Made by a program: the position numbers and the translations under genes. Shown piece by piece: positions 48,818 through 56,923 of a stretch of 64,000 nt of DNA. Positions within the stretch are counted from its first letter, which is position 1. Each line of letters opens with the position of its first letter. This stretch comes from an uncultured Gammaproteobacteria bacterium. GTDB lineage: Bacteria > Patescibacteriota > Microgenomatia > Levybacterales > GWA1-39-11. Location of the stretch: NCBI GenBank assembly GCA_964406795.1, contig CAYOTA010000001.1:5383-69382 (forward strand), written 5' to 3'. A model generated the notes under the pieces. It ran no database searches. It was not told the origin of the DNA and saw nothing but the letters and a program-made list of their open reading frames with translations.

Positions 48818-49150
48818 CTAATCTTTTTTTAGAAATTTATCCGCAAAGACTCGAATTTCGGCAAGTATAGGCATTATCCCATTTCCTTTTTCGGTCAGAG
48901 AGTATACGACAGATAATTTATCCACTGTTTCTTCTTGTCTTTTAATAATTCCTTGTTCTTCAAGTTTTTTAAGCCTGTTTGAGAGCGTGGTGGGATTTAC
49001 CTGAGGAAGTTCACGTTCAAGTTGTGCAAATCTTTTTTCTCCACCATCAATTGCTTGGATTATTGCAAGTGTCCAGAAATCTCCAAGCATCTTTAGTTCT
49101 TCGTTTGAACATTTTTCTTCTTTATGAATGTATTTCTTTGTCGTTGACAT
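48818..49150 (-). CDS. HxlR-family winged-helix transcriptional regulator.
   Basis: 'CSNEELKMLGDFWTLAIIQAIDGGEKRFAQLERELPQVNPTTLSNRLKKLEEQGIIKRQ' is the canonical HxlR/YodB-type HTH. 110 aa. Confidence 0.8.
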   Translation of the reverse strand: MSTTKKYIHKEEKCSNEELKMLGDFWTLAIIQAIDGGEKRFAQLERELPQVNPTTLSNRLKKLEEQGIIKRQEETVDKLSVVYSLTEKGNGIMPILAEIRVFADKFLKKD

Positions 49151-49162
49151 ACTTTAAAAATT

Positions 49163-49217
49163 GTAGTACTATAGATTTTATAGCACTATAGAATCTATAG
49201 TCTATTGTACTATAATC
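49163..49217. promoter_or_regulatory. Divergent promoter / operator region between the HxlR gene and the NmrA-like gene, with repeated TACTATAG half-sites.
   Basis: Read directly from the sequence. 'tagtactatag' 49164-49174, 'tagcactatag' 49181-49191, inverted 'tctatagtcta' 49193-49203 and 'tgtactataa' 49205-49214 lie within an 89-nt intergenic gap. Confidence 0.45.
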
Positions 49218-49239
49218 TAACCTGAAAAGAAAATTTACT

Positions 49240-49878
49240 ATGAAAATTACAGTTTTTGGAGCAACCGGAAAAACAGGCAAAGAAGTTGTTAAGCAAGCAC
49301 TTGAACTTGGATATGAGGTCAAAGCATTTGTTAGAAACCCCGAGAAAATGGATATTGCCAATGAAAAACTTACGTTAGTTAAAGGAGATGTTACAAATTC
49401 CGAAAATGTTGATCAGGCAGTTGAAGGAAGCGATGGAGTTGTAGTCGCTCTTGGTGCTTCTCCTGATATGCAAGCAGATGTCGTAATGGAAAAAGGCACA
49501 CAAAATATTATGAATGCTATGAAAAAGCATAACGTTAAGAGAATTATTGTTCAAAGCTCTTACGCCATGAGCGGTTCTCCCGAGGGAATAGCGTTTATGA
49601 AGAAAATGGGAATGGGAGAAGAACAAATTGCGATGATGAAGCCTGTCCTTGATGATAAATCAAAACAGGGAGATGCGGTAGTTAATAGTGGGCTTGAATA
49701 TACAATTGTCAGGCCGTTGATGTTAAATGATGAAGGTAAAACAGGAGAATATCGGGTAGGAGAAAATCTTGACGTTAAAGTAGGGGACGCTATTTCCCGC
49801 GCGGATGTAGCTGATTTTATGTTGAAAGATTTAACTGAAAATAAATTTGCAGGAAAGACCGTAACACTCTCTTACTGA
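49240..49878 (+). CDS. NAD(P)H-binding NmrA-like / atypical SDR protein.
   Basis: 'MKITVFGATGKTGKEVVKQALELGYEVKAFVRNPEK' Rossmann N-terminus. 212 aa. Confidence 0.75.
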   Translation: MKITVFGATGKTGKEVVKQALELGYEVKAFVRNPEKMDIANEKLTLVKGDVTNSENVDQAVEGSDGVVVALGASPDMQADVVMEKGTQNIMNAMKKHNVKRIIVQSSYAMSGSPEGIAFMKKMGMGEEQIAMMKPVLDDKSKQGDAVVNSGLEYTIVRPLMLNDEGKTGEYRVGENLDVKVGDAISRADVADFMLKDLTENKFAGKTVTLSY

Positions 49879-49893
49879 GAAAAATTTCCAAAT

Positions 49894-50502
49894 ATGACAT
49901 GGGACACTTTGGCAGATGATGCCGCAATTGAAAAAACCAAAAAAGCTCTTGAAGCAAATGGTATAAAAGTCATTATTGCTGAAAGTGGAGAAAAAGCAAA
50001 GATAGAAGTTTTAAAACTTATCCCCAAGAATGCTGAGGTAATGACTGCGACCTCAACGAGTGCTGACCAGATAGGATTATCAAAAACGCTAGATGAGTCC
50101 GGTGACTATGACTCCACTAGAAAAAAGATTATGGCATTGCCTCAATCTGAAATGCGTACACAGGCCCGGCGTATTAACGCAGCAGTTGATTATGTAGTAG
50201 GAAGCGTACATGCCCTGACAGAGGATGGACACGCAATCATTGCCTCAAACTCCGGCAGCCAGCTTGCAGCATATGTATTTTCCGCAGCACATGTTATTTG
50301 GGTGGTAGGGGCTCAGAAAATTGTCAAGAATGACGAAAAAGGCATAAAGCGCATCAGTGAGTATACTCTTCCTCTTGAGAATCAACGTATGCAACAAACG
50401 TATGGAATGGATAGCAATATCAGCAAGCTGCTTATTGTTAATAAAGAAGTAATGCCGGAAAGAATCACTGTTATTTTGGTAAAAGAAAAACTGGGATTCT
50501 AA
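49894..50502 (+). CDS. LUD-domain protein (LutC/YkgG-like).
   Basis: About 200 aa. 'AIEKTKKALEANGIKVIIAESGEKAKIEVLKLIP' and 'AAVDYVVGSVHALTEDGHAII' resemble the lactate-utilisation LUD fold. Recognition from memory, moderate. Confidence 0.5.
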   Translation: MTWDTLADDAAIEKTKKALEANGIKVIIAESGEKAKIEVLKLIPKNAEVMTATSTSADQIGLSKTLDESGDYDSTRKKIMALPQSEMRTQARRINAAVDYVVGSVHALTEDGHAIIASNSGSQLAAYVFSAAHVIWVVGAQKIVKNDEKGIKRISEYTLPLENQRMQQTYGMDSNISKLLIVNKEVMPERITVILVKEKLGF

Positions 50503-50505
50503 GTT

Positions 50506-51117
50506 ATGAAAATTGTCATCTTTGGCGCAACGGGTCCTACCGGACAACAGTTAGTAAAACAGGCCTTACAGAAAGGCCATACTGTTACAGTGCTTGCAAG
50601 AACTCCTGGAAAAATAACTGCTAAGGATAAAAATCTGATTGTTATAAAAGGAAATGCGCTTGTGTATGAAGATGTTGAAAAAGCGGTTAAAGGACAAGAC
50701 GCTGTTCTAAGTGCAATCGGAGCCAAACCTCCAAGCCGCGAAAAGGTTGTCGGTCCTGCCGTAAAGAATATTATAAAAGCCATGAACAACCACAAAGTTA
50801 ACAGATTGATTGTAGAATCAGCATTTTTTATGGATGAGGAAGTTAGAAAAGGAATATTTATCAAATTACTGAATGCAACTTTTATGAAAGGCCTGTATGA
50901 AGATAAGAAAGAACAGAATAAAATACTTCAAGAAAGTAGTGTTGATTGGACAGAAGTACGCCCTACGATGCTCACCAATGGACAGAAAACTAAATATAAA
51001 ATAGATGTTAAACCGGGTATGTTTTCTAAAATTTCCAGGGCAAATGTTGCCGACTTTATGTTAAACCAAATTAGCGATACTACTTTTGTAAAAAAAGCGG
51101 TAATAATAACCGAGTAA
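50506..51117 (+). CDS. NAD(P)H-binding NmrA-like / atypical SDR protein (second copy, diverged).
   Basis: 'MKIVIFGATGPTGQQLVKQALQKGHTVTVLARTPGK'. The C-terminal 'RANVADFMLNQ' parallels 'RADVADFMLKD' in 49240... Confidence 0.75.
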   Translation: MKIVIFGATGPTGQQLVKQALQKGHTVTVLARTPGKITAKDKNLIVIKGNALVYEDVEKAVKGQDAVLSAIGAKPPSREKVVGPAVKNIIKAMNNHKVNRLIVESAFFMDEEVRKGIFIKLLNATFMKGLYEDKKEQNKILQESSVDWTEVRPTMLTNGQKTKYKIDVKPGMFSKISRANVADFMLNQISDTTFVKKAVIITE

Positions 51118-51120
51118 CCA

Positions 51121-51507
51121 ATGGCTACACAAGAATACATACCGGGAATTTGTAATATTGGACCAGCAGAAATTGCGAGAAGAAAACGTGCGGGTTATGC
51201 TGGGCTTATTGTAAGCATTGTTCTTTTTACAGTTCTTATAGGCATTAAGGCTCATCCGGTGTGGCGCCTTTTGCTGGTATTCCCCGTTATGAGTGCGGCA
51301 AGCGGATTTCTACAGGCATATTTTCATTTTTGCGCAGGCTTCGGATTTAAAGGAGTTTATAATGTGGTAAAACCCGCAGGGAAAACCGAAACTATACAAC
51401 AAAAAGAATTCCGTACTAAAGACAGACAAAAAGCTCTTCAAATTACAGGGCTTTCAATACTTATTGGTTTGATTTTTGCCGGAGTTTTTTATTACCTTCC
51501 CCTTTAG
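51121..51507 (+). CDS. Membrane protein (128 aa), hypothetical.
   Basis: Three or four predicted TM helices ('GLIVSIVLFTVLIGI', 'LLLVFPVMSAASGFL', 'LSILIGLIFAGVFYYL'). No recognised domain. Confidence 0.45.
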   Translation: MATQEYIPGICNIGPAEIARRKRAGYAGLIVSIVLFTVLIGIKAHPVWRLLLVFPVMSAASGFLQAYFHFCAGFGFKGVYNVVKPAGKTETIQQKEFRTKDRQKALQITGLSILIGLIFAGVFYYLPL

Positions 51508-51531
51508 ATCAAATTCAATTCGGTAGTATCC

Positions 51532-51927
51532 CTAAGACTCTTCTTTTCGTTTCTCTTTTTCGTTTTTTTCCATTTTTTCACTGTTACTTCCAAAGAACTG
51601 TTTCATGGGATTTTGGTTATTGGTATGATGCGCAACAAGATTCACAAACCCTAAAATAACTCCTATTCCAACAAATAAGTAAATGATGGTAAAGACTTTT
51701 CCTAGATCAGTCTTGGGAGCAAGATCACCAAACCCAACAGTTGTCAAGGTAGTTGTGCTGAAGTAGAGCGAATCGAGCAGATTCCATTTCTCTACCTGGT
51801 GATAAAAAATTGTTCCTGAAAGCAAAATAATAAGAACAAAGAAAAACAAACCTTTGAATTCAGGGTCTTTAAAGCCCGCAAGTAGTGCCCGTATAAAACG
51901 GTATGCTGTAATAAAAAAGCTAAACAT
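51532..51927 (-). CDS. Minimal two-TM potassium channel (pore-only, about 131 aa).
   Basis: Selectivity-filter signature 'TTLTTVGFGDLAP' preceded by a pore helix and flanked by TM1 'GLFFFVLIILLSGTIFY' and TM2 'VFTIIYLFVGIGVILGFVNLV'. The start was set at the internal ATG at 51925-51927, which removes a 95-nt overlap with the MacB-like gene in the track ORF. Confidence 0.7.
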   Translation of the reverse strand: MFSFFITAYRFIRALLAGFKDPEFKGLFFFVLIILLSGTIFYHQVEKWNLLDSLYFSTTTLTTVGFGDLAPKTDLGKVFTIIYLFVGIGVILGFVNLVAHHTNNQNPMKQFFGSNSEKMEKNEKEKRKEES

Positions 51928-51931
51928 AATT

Positions 51932-53152
51932 TTATTCGTAACGCAAAGCTTCAATTGGCGAGAGTTTGGCGGCACGTTGGGCCGGATAGAGTCCAAAGCC
52001 AATGCCAACACCTGCTGAAACTCCAACTGCCAATAAAATTGAAAACGGCTGAACTATAAATGGAATATTTACTACCTGTGTGATAATAAATGCCAAAACA
52101 ATTCCAAGAACGATTCCAATACTTCCACCAACGAGTGTTAAAACGGCTGATTCTATTAAAAATTGAGTTAAAATATCCCGTCTTTTCGCGCCGATTGCCT
52201 TAAGGAGTCCAATCTCTTTTGTACGCTCGGTAACGGTTACCAGCATAATATTCATAATGCCGATACCGCCAACTAATAGAGAAATTCCGGCGATACCTGC
52301 AAGAAGCGTTGTGAGAAGACCGGTAATTGTATCAAGTGTTGCCAGAGCGTCTTTTGAACTTCGGAGAGAAAAATCAGGATCATCTCCGTCAGCTATTTTA
52401 TGGCGTTCTATAAGAAGAGTATTTATATCTTCCATAGTCTGCTCAATCAGCTTTGGGTCTTCTGCCTGTATCATAAGAGTCTGGACATGATTTTGTCCAA
52501 GCAATATTTTCATAGCAGTTGTATAGGGAATATACACTGATTTATCCGGATTTGAGAGTGGTGATCCGCCTTTTGGAGCCGCAACGCCAATAATTCGAAA
52601 GGAACGGTTGTCAAGTTTGATACTTTTCCCAACCGGTTCTGATCCCTCACCAAACAGGTCTACTGCAATATCATGTCCAATTACTGCCACTCTTGATAAT
52701 CCCTGCTCATGATCTTCTGTCAGAAACTCACCCTGTGCTATATCGATAGTTTGTATTACTTGATAAGAAGCCGCAACGCCGTGGACTGTAGTTGCAACAT
52801 CGACTCCTCCTGCCACAGCTTTTGTCGGCTTACTAACAAGCGGTGAAAGCATTGCAACATTTACTACTCTACCGCTCGATAAAATTGCCTCTCCATCTTC
52901 TGGTGTTAATGATTTTATTGAAGCAATACCTGCCCCTCCACCTTGAGAAATTGAACCTGGTATAACTACCACCAAATTTGTGCCGAATGAGGATATTTGA
53001 TTGGTGATTGTTTGTGTTGCTCCGGCGCCCAGAGAAACTATAAGAATAACCGAGGCAATACCAATAATAATCCCAAGCATGGTTAAAAGCGTCCGCAAGA
53101 CATTACTTTTAAGTGCTGTTAGGGCTGATGCTATTAGTTCACGATACGACAT
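51932..53152 (-). CDS. ABC transporter permease, MacB/FtsX family.
   Basis: 406 aa. N-terminal TM plus a large periplasmic (MacB_PCD-like) domain, followed by a C-terminal FtsX four-helix bundle 'GIGIMNIMLVTVTERTKEIGLLKAIGAKRRDIL'. Confidence 0.8.
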   Translation of the reverse strand: MSYRELIASALTALKSNVLRTLLTMLGIIIGIASVILIVSLGAGATQTITNQISSFGTNLVVVIPGSISQGGGAGIASIKSLTPEDGEAILSSGRVVNVAMLSPLVSKPTKAVAGGVDVATTVHGVAASYQVIQTIDIAQGEFLTEDHEQGLSRVAVIGHDIAVDLFGEGSEPVGKSIKLDNRSFRIIGVAAPKGGSPLSNPDKSVYIPYTTAMKILLGQNHVQTLMIQAEDPKLIEQTMEDINTLLIERHKIADGDDPDFSLRSSKDALATLDTITGLLTTLLAGIAGISLLVGGIGIMNIMLVTVTERTKEIGLLKAIGAKRRDILTQFLIESAVLTLVGGSIGIVLGIVLAFIITQVVNIPFIVQPFSILLAVGVSAGVGIGFGLYPAQRAAKLSPIEALRYE

Positions 53153-53858
53153 ATTGTTTGTTTTCCTTGTCCGAAAGAATAAGACCGTCTTTTAAACGGA
53201 TAATTCTTTTGGCAAAAGCAGCAATATCATCTTCATGGGTAATAAGCACAATGGTATGTCCATCCCTATTCAATTTTTGAAAAAAATCCATAATTTCATG
53301 AGCGGTCTTACTATCCAAATTCCCCGTCGGCTCATCAGCCAGAATGATCGCCGGATTCATAACTAGTGCTCGCGCAATTGCCACTCTTTGAATCTGTCCT
53401 CCAGAAATATGATTGGAAAGATTTTGTGCTTTTTCCTCAAGATGAACAAGCGAAAGCGCATCCATTACCCGTTTTGCTCTTTCTTCAGGTTTAATGCCTG
53501 CATACATCATAGGCCGTTCGACATTTTTAAAAACTGTCGTTCTCGGTAAGAGATTAAATGACTGAAAGACAAATCCGATTTCTTTATTTCTTATCTCTGC
53601 CAGTTCATCTTCTGAAAATTTACCGATTTCTTTCCCTTTCAAGAGAAAACTTCCTGAAGTAGGAGTATCAAGGGCCCCGACAATGTGCATAGTTGTAGAT
53701 TTCCCGCTTCCTGAGGGACCCATGATAGCCACAAAATCTCCCTCGTAAATATCAAGAGAAATTCCTTTTAAGGCTTGATATTCATTAATACCAGTAATGT
53801 AGGTCTTTGTAATCTCTTTGAGAGAGATAATAGGAGCATGGCCGTTTGTTTGTTTCAT
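53139..53858 (-). CDS. ABC transporter ATP-binding protein (MacB-type NBD).
   Basis: Walker A 'GPSGSGKST', ABC signature 'LSGGQIQRVAIARAL', Walker B 'ILADEPTGNLD' and H-loop 'IVLITHE'. Confidence 0.85.
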   Translation of the reverse strand: MKQTNGHAPIISLKEITKTYITGINEYQALKGISLDIYEGDFVAIMGPSGSGKSTTMHIVGALDTPTSGSFLLKGKEIGKFSEDELAEIRNKEIGFVFQSFNLLPRTTVFKNVERPMMYAGIKPEERAKRVMDALSLVHLEEKAQNLSNHISGGQIQRVAIARALVMNPAIILADEPTGNLDSKTAHEIMDFFQKLNRDGHTIVLITHEDDIAAFAKRIIRLKDGLILSDKENKQYVVS

Positions 53859-53864
53859 ATTTAA

Positions 53865-55193
53865 TCATTGTCCGCCGCCAAGAATTGTTGATCCTGAACG
53901 CTTGACCTGTCCATTCTGAAGCGCAGTAATAACCTCCACCCCCTCTGCCACACCTTCCAAAACTTCTGTCTTGTCAATTCCTCTAACCCCGATTTTTATG
54001 GGTATGAACTTTGGCTCTTTGGATTGAACATCATAAATTTGTACCGCCTTTCCACCTTTATATGGCTTTATCGCGCTATTTGGTACAGTTAAAACATTTT
54101 TAGCTTGATCGACCTCAATATCAACATTTGCCGTCATTGCGGGTTTAATTCTGTTATCAAAATTGAGAATTGTGACATACACATTATAAGTAACGACACC
54201 CTGATTATTTGTGCCTATTTCATCTACATTTGAAATCCGTCCATCAAAGGTCTTATCGGCAAATGCATCGAGGAAAATTTGAGCTCTCTGTCCGCTTCGC
54301 ACTTTCGGAACATCCACTTCATTTAATGACAACTTCACGGTAAAACTTTCCTGACCAGAGATAATACTTAGCACAGGGGAGGGTGGTGGCGCAGCCGCAA
54401 GTGCTAGTGAAGATACTCCAGCGTTACCTGCACCTGCGGTTGCTTTGTCTCCTACGCTGATTGAGAGATTTGCAACGGTACCAGTAGCAGTTGCTTTTAC
54501 AACTGCGTTTTGTGTTGCCTGGTAGGCAAGCCAGGCAGAATTAACCTGCGCTTTTGCTGCATTCACTGAAACATCCGCTTCTTTGTATTTTTGCTCAGCA
54601 GCCGTGAAGTTCTTTTCCGCTTGAACATGTGCTGCATCCAAAGATTGTTCTTCTAAATCTTCATAATCGTCTTTATTATCATCCTTCACTCTTTTGGCTT
54701 CTCTTGCATCAAGAAGGGTTTTTTGAGCAGTCCACATTGTTGCATCAAGTGTCTGCTTGTTCTGTTCGGCAGTCTTTTGCGCACTAAAGGTATTTTGATA
54801 GGCCGCCCATGCTGTAGCTTTTTCTTGCTCGGTTGCGGTGCTTTTTACTTTAAAAAGCTCTGTACCTACTTCTACAGGATCGCCGTTTTGCACATATATT
54901 TCCTCGACAATACCTGTGGCTGAAGACGTAATATCAACTTTGCCTCCAGTTGATACATTTCCTGTTTCTGAAACGATCTCAGTAATCGTATCGCGGGATA
55001 CGGACTCCGTTATAAATTCTGGTTGGGCATTTGAGCTTTGAATGTTTCTAAATATAAAGAAACCAACAAGTAAAACAGCAATAACAACAAAGATTTTATT
55101 CCGTAACCTTGTCTCACGAAACCAATTAATTGGCTTCCGAGCTGGCTTAAAAATTTGTTTTAATTTATTCGTAGAAAAGCTGTGCTTATCCAT
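53865..55193 (-). CDS. HlyD/MacA-type periplasmic adaptor (membrane fusion protein).
   Basis: N-terminal TM anchor. Long Ala/Gln/Lys-rich coiled-coil (residues about 120-230). C-terminal beta-barrel 'GTVTYNVYVTILNFDNRIKPAMTANVDIEV'. 442 aa. Confidence 0.75.
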   Translation of the reverse strand: MDKHSFSTNKLKQIFKPARKPINWFRETRLRNKIFVVIAVLLVGFFIFRNIQSSNAQPEFITESVSRDTITEIVSETGNVSTGGKVDITSSATGIVEEIYVQNGDPVEVGTELFKVKSTATEQEKATAWAAYQNTFSAQKTAEQNKQTLDATMWTAQKTLLDAREAKRVKDDNKDDYEDLEEQSLDAAHVQAEKNFTAAEQKYKEADVSVNAAKAQVNSAWLAYQATQNAVVKATATGTVANLSISVGDKATAGAGNAGVSSLALAAAPPPSPVLSIISGQESFTVKLSLNEVDVPKVRSGQRAQIFLDAFADKTFDGRISNVDEIGTNNQGVVTYNVYVTILNFDNRIKPAMTANVDIEVDQAKNVLTVPNSAIKPYKGGKAVQIYDVQSKEPKFIPIKIGVRGIDKTEVLEGVAEGVEVITALQNGQVKRSGSTILGGGQ

Positions 55194-55662
55194 TTTGTTC
55201 TTTCTTTAGTGTTTCAATAAGATTGGTATGAATTCTAATAAGCTCCCTGAGATCTTTTGCCGGAATTTTTGATACAAACCTTTTCATTTTTTCCATAATA
55301 TTTTTCTTCAAAATGATAAATTCTTCTTCTCCTTTTGGAGTAATGATGAGCCGGACAATTCTCCTGTCTTCTTGATCATTTATTCTATCTACTAGCCCTG
55401 CTTTTACTAAACGCTCAATGAGCTGTGTTGCGGAGGATTTAGAAAGTTGCATGAATTTAGCAAGCTCTCCAACAGTCCCATTTGGTTGATCTTTGAGAAA
55501 TTGAAGAGCGGAGAATTGAAGTATTGTCGCAATTCTTTCCTCATGAGATTCCTGAGAATAGTGCGAGATAAACTTCCCGAGCTGTATCATTGTGTTGAAT
55601 AGCTGTTCAAAATCAGATGTAGTTGTCATAACTATAAGTTTAACTGTTAAATAGTTTAACAC
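55186..55662 (-). CDS. MarR-family transcriptional regulator (likely regulator of the downstream ABC exporter).
   Basis: 'LSKSSATQLIERLVKAGLVDRINDQEDRRIVRLIITPKGEE' winged-helix HTH. The track start is a GTG at 55662. The ATG at 55627-55629 (MTTTSDFEQLF...) is more plausible because it places the palindrome at 55645-55661 upstream of the gene. Confidence 0.75.
   Translation of the reverse strand: MLNYLTVKLIVMTTTSDFEQLFNTMIQLGKFISHYSQESHEERIATILQFSALQFLKDQPNGTVGELAKFMQLSKSSATQLIERLVKAGLVDRINDQEDRRIVRLIITPKGEEEFIILKKNIMEKMKRFVSKIPAKDLRELIRIHTNLIETLKKEQNG
55645..55661. promoter_or_regulatory. Perfect 7-3-7 palindrome TGTTAAA-TAG-TTTAACA, probable MarR operator.
   Basis: Read directly. About 16 nt upstream of the MarR ATG at 55629. 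A related copy 'ataaatagttaaacacat' lies at 56045-56062, upstream of the ATG at 56029 of the next gene. Confidence 0.5.
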
Positions 55663-55702
55663 ATAAACTATACGCTGTCAAGTTCTATTGAAAATTCATT
55701 TT

Positions 55703-56062
55703 TTATTTATTCTTTTTCCAAATCTCATCTATGATGGGTAGTCCCGTAATTGAATCCATCGAAAACTCAATGCCTATTTCATAACCATTGTATTCTCTAA
55801 CGTATGCTTCATCACTTGTTTTTTGACCATGATTATAAACATCAATTGCATCCGCTTCAGATAATCCCCATTCCTCAGCATCTGTATGAAAATTCTTGGT
55901 GAATAAGTATTTTTGGCTTCTATAGAGAGTGTGTCGGGCGGACGTGTCATCGAGTTGTTTAATAGTGTGTTTTATTGCAGTCTTGAATTCGTCTGTAATC
56001 ACCTTTCCTAGATGCTCAAAGAAGTCCATATAATTAATCCTGCCATAAATAGTTAAACACAT
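55703..56062 (-). CDS. Hypothetical protein (108-119 aa).
   Basis: No recognised domain. The track start (56062) lies inside the conserved motif shared with the MarR upstream region. The ATG at 56029 (MDFFEHLGK...) has a GGCAGGA Shine-Dalgarno-like sequence 9 nt upstream and is preferred. Confidence 0.4.
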   Translation of the reverse strand: MCLTIYGRINYMDFFEHLGKVITDEFKTAIKHTIKQLDDTSARHTLYRSQKYLFTKNFHTDAEEWGLSEADAIDVYNHGQKTSDEAYVREYNGYEIGIEFSMDSITGLPIIDEIWKKNK

Positions 56063-56086
56063 AAATTAAATCATGTCAAAATTGCT

Positions 56087-56213
56087 AAAAAAGCCCCTCC
56101 ATAAAGAAGGGGCTTTGAAAATAACGGATCCGCTATTTTAATGGAGCTGAGTTTTCACTCCTTTTGCGGTGAGTGTCCCTCACAAAAAATGCCCGATGTT
56201 ATTCAGGCATTTT
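56087..56213 (-). terminator. Two tandem Rho-independent terminator-like hairpins downstream of 56234..56788.
   Basis: Hairpin 1: + strand aaaatgcc(56186-56193) / ggcatttt(56206-56213). Hairpin 2: + strand agcccct(56092-56098) / aggggct(56108-56114), followed on the transcribed minus strand by a T6 run (56087-56092). Confidence 0.55.
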
Positions 56214-56233
56214 CTGTCTTTAGATAGTAATAA

Positions 56234-56788
56234 TTACATTCCAAGATCGACAAGGATGTTTTTATTGCTATAGAAACTCGCATTGTATTGAAGTTTTAGA
56301 CCTATAGCTGTTGTTGGTACTTCAAATCCAACCCAATCTGTTTTCTTAGCATTGGCAATCAATGCTCCATCCAGACCTAAAGATCCTGCGTTTTGCATTC
56401 TCTTTCCTGTTACAGCAACTTGGTACTGATTATTGTCACTATCTATGACAAACATCTGACCCAAGGTCGTTATGTACTCTTGATTTGATCCTGTGTTCTC
56501 AATTGTCATGTTTACATCAATCCAATGATTAACCTCTGATGGTTTTGTAAATTGACCAGCAGTTGAAGTTTCTACCTTATTTACAGTCAGGATAATATCT
56601 CCCATTTGTACCTTGTCTCCAACTTTATACGTTTCTTGAGTTGGTTGATTATTTTCAGTTGTAGTTTTTGTAGCAGTAGTATCAGAATTTGATCCTACCT
56701 TTTTACTACCACTTCCCATACTTCCAATAACACCAATCACTATAATGACTAATAAAGCGATTCCTCCCCATTTAAGTAATTTCTTCAT
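56234..56788 (-). CDS. DUF4352-like secreted / N-terminally anchored protein.
   Basis: Signal/anchor 'MKKLLKWGGIALLVIIVIGVIGSMGSGS'. A Thr/Ser-rich linker. Then a beta-rich domain 'YKVGDKVQMGDIILTVNKVETS...NQYQVAVTG'. The pattern is common in mobile elements of monoderm bacteria (DUF4352 assignment from memory). Confidence 0.5.
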   Translation of the reverse strand: MKKLLKWGGIALLVIIVIGVIGSMGSGSKKVGSNSDTTATKTTTENNQPTQETYKVGDKVQMGDIILTVNKVETSTAGQFTKPSEVNHWIDVNMTIENTGSNQEYITTLGQMFVIDSDNNQYQVAVTGKRMQNAGSLGLDGALIANAKKTDWVGFEVPTTAIGLKLQYNASFYSNKNILVDLGM

Positions 56789-56923
56789 ATTCCACCTCCT
56801 TTCTTATGGCTATTGATGACATATTACTTATATTTAAGCACAAAGTCAAGGCTAAATAAAGCGTCAGACGCTATACAATTATTCTTCCATTTTAACTACC
56901 TTTATATAGTGAGAACTTACAAA

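Noticed and set aside
51932-52026. N-terminal 33-aa extension of the K+ channel ORF overlapping the 3' end of the MacB-like gene by 95 nt.
   Set aside because: The internal ATG at 51927 lies 5 nt after the MacB stop and yields a canonical minimal channel. The long overlap is therefore almost certainly a six-frame artefact.
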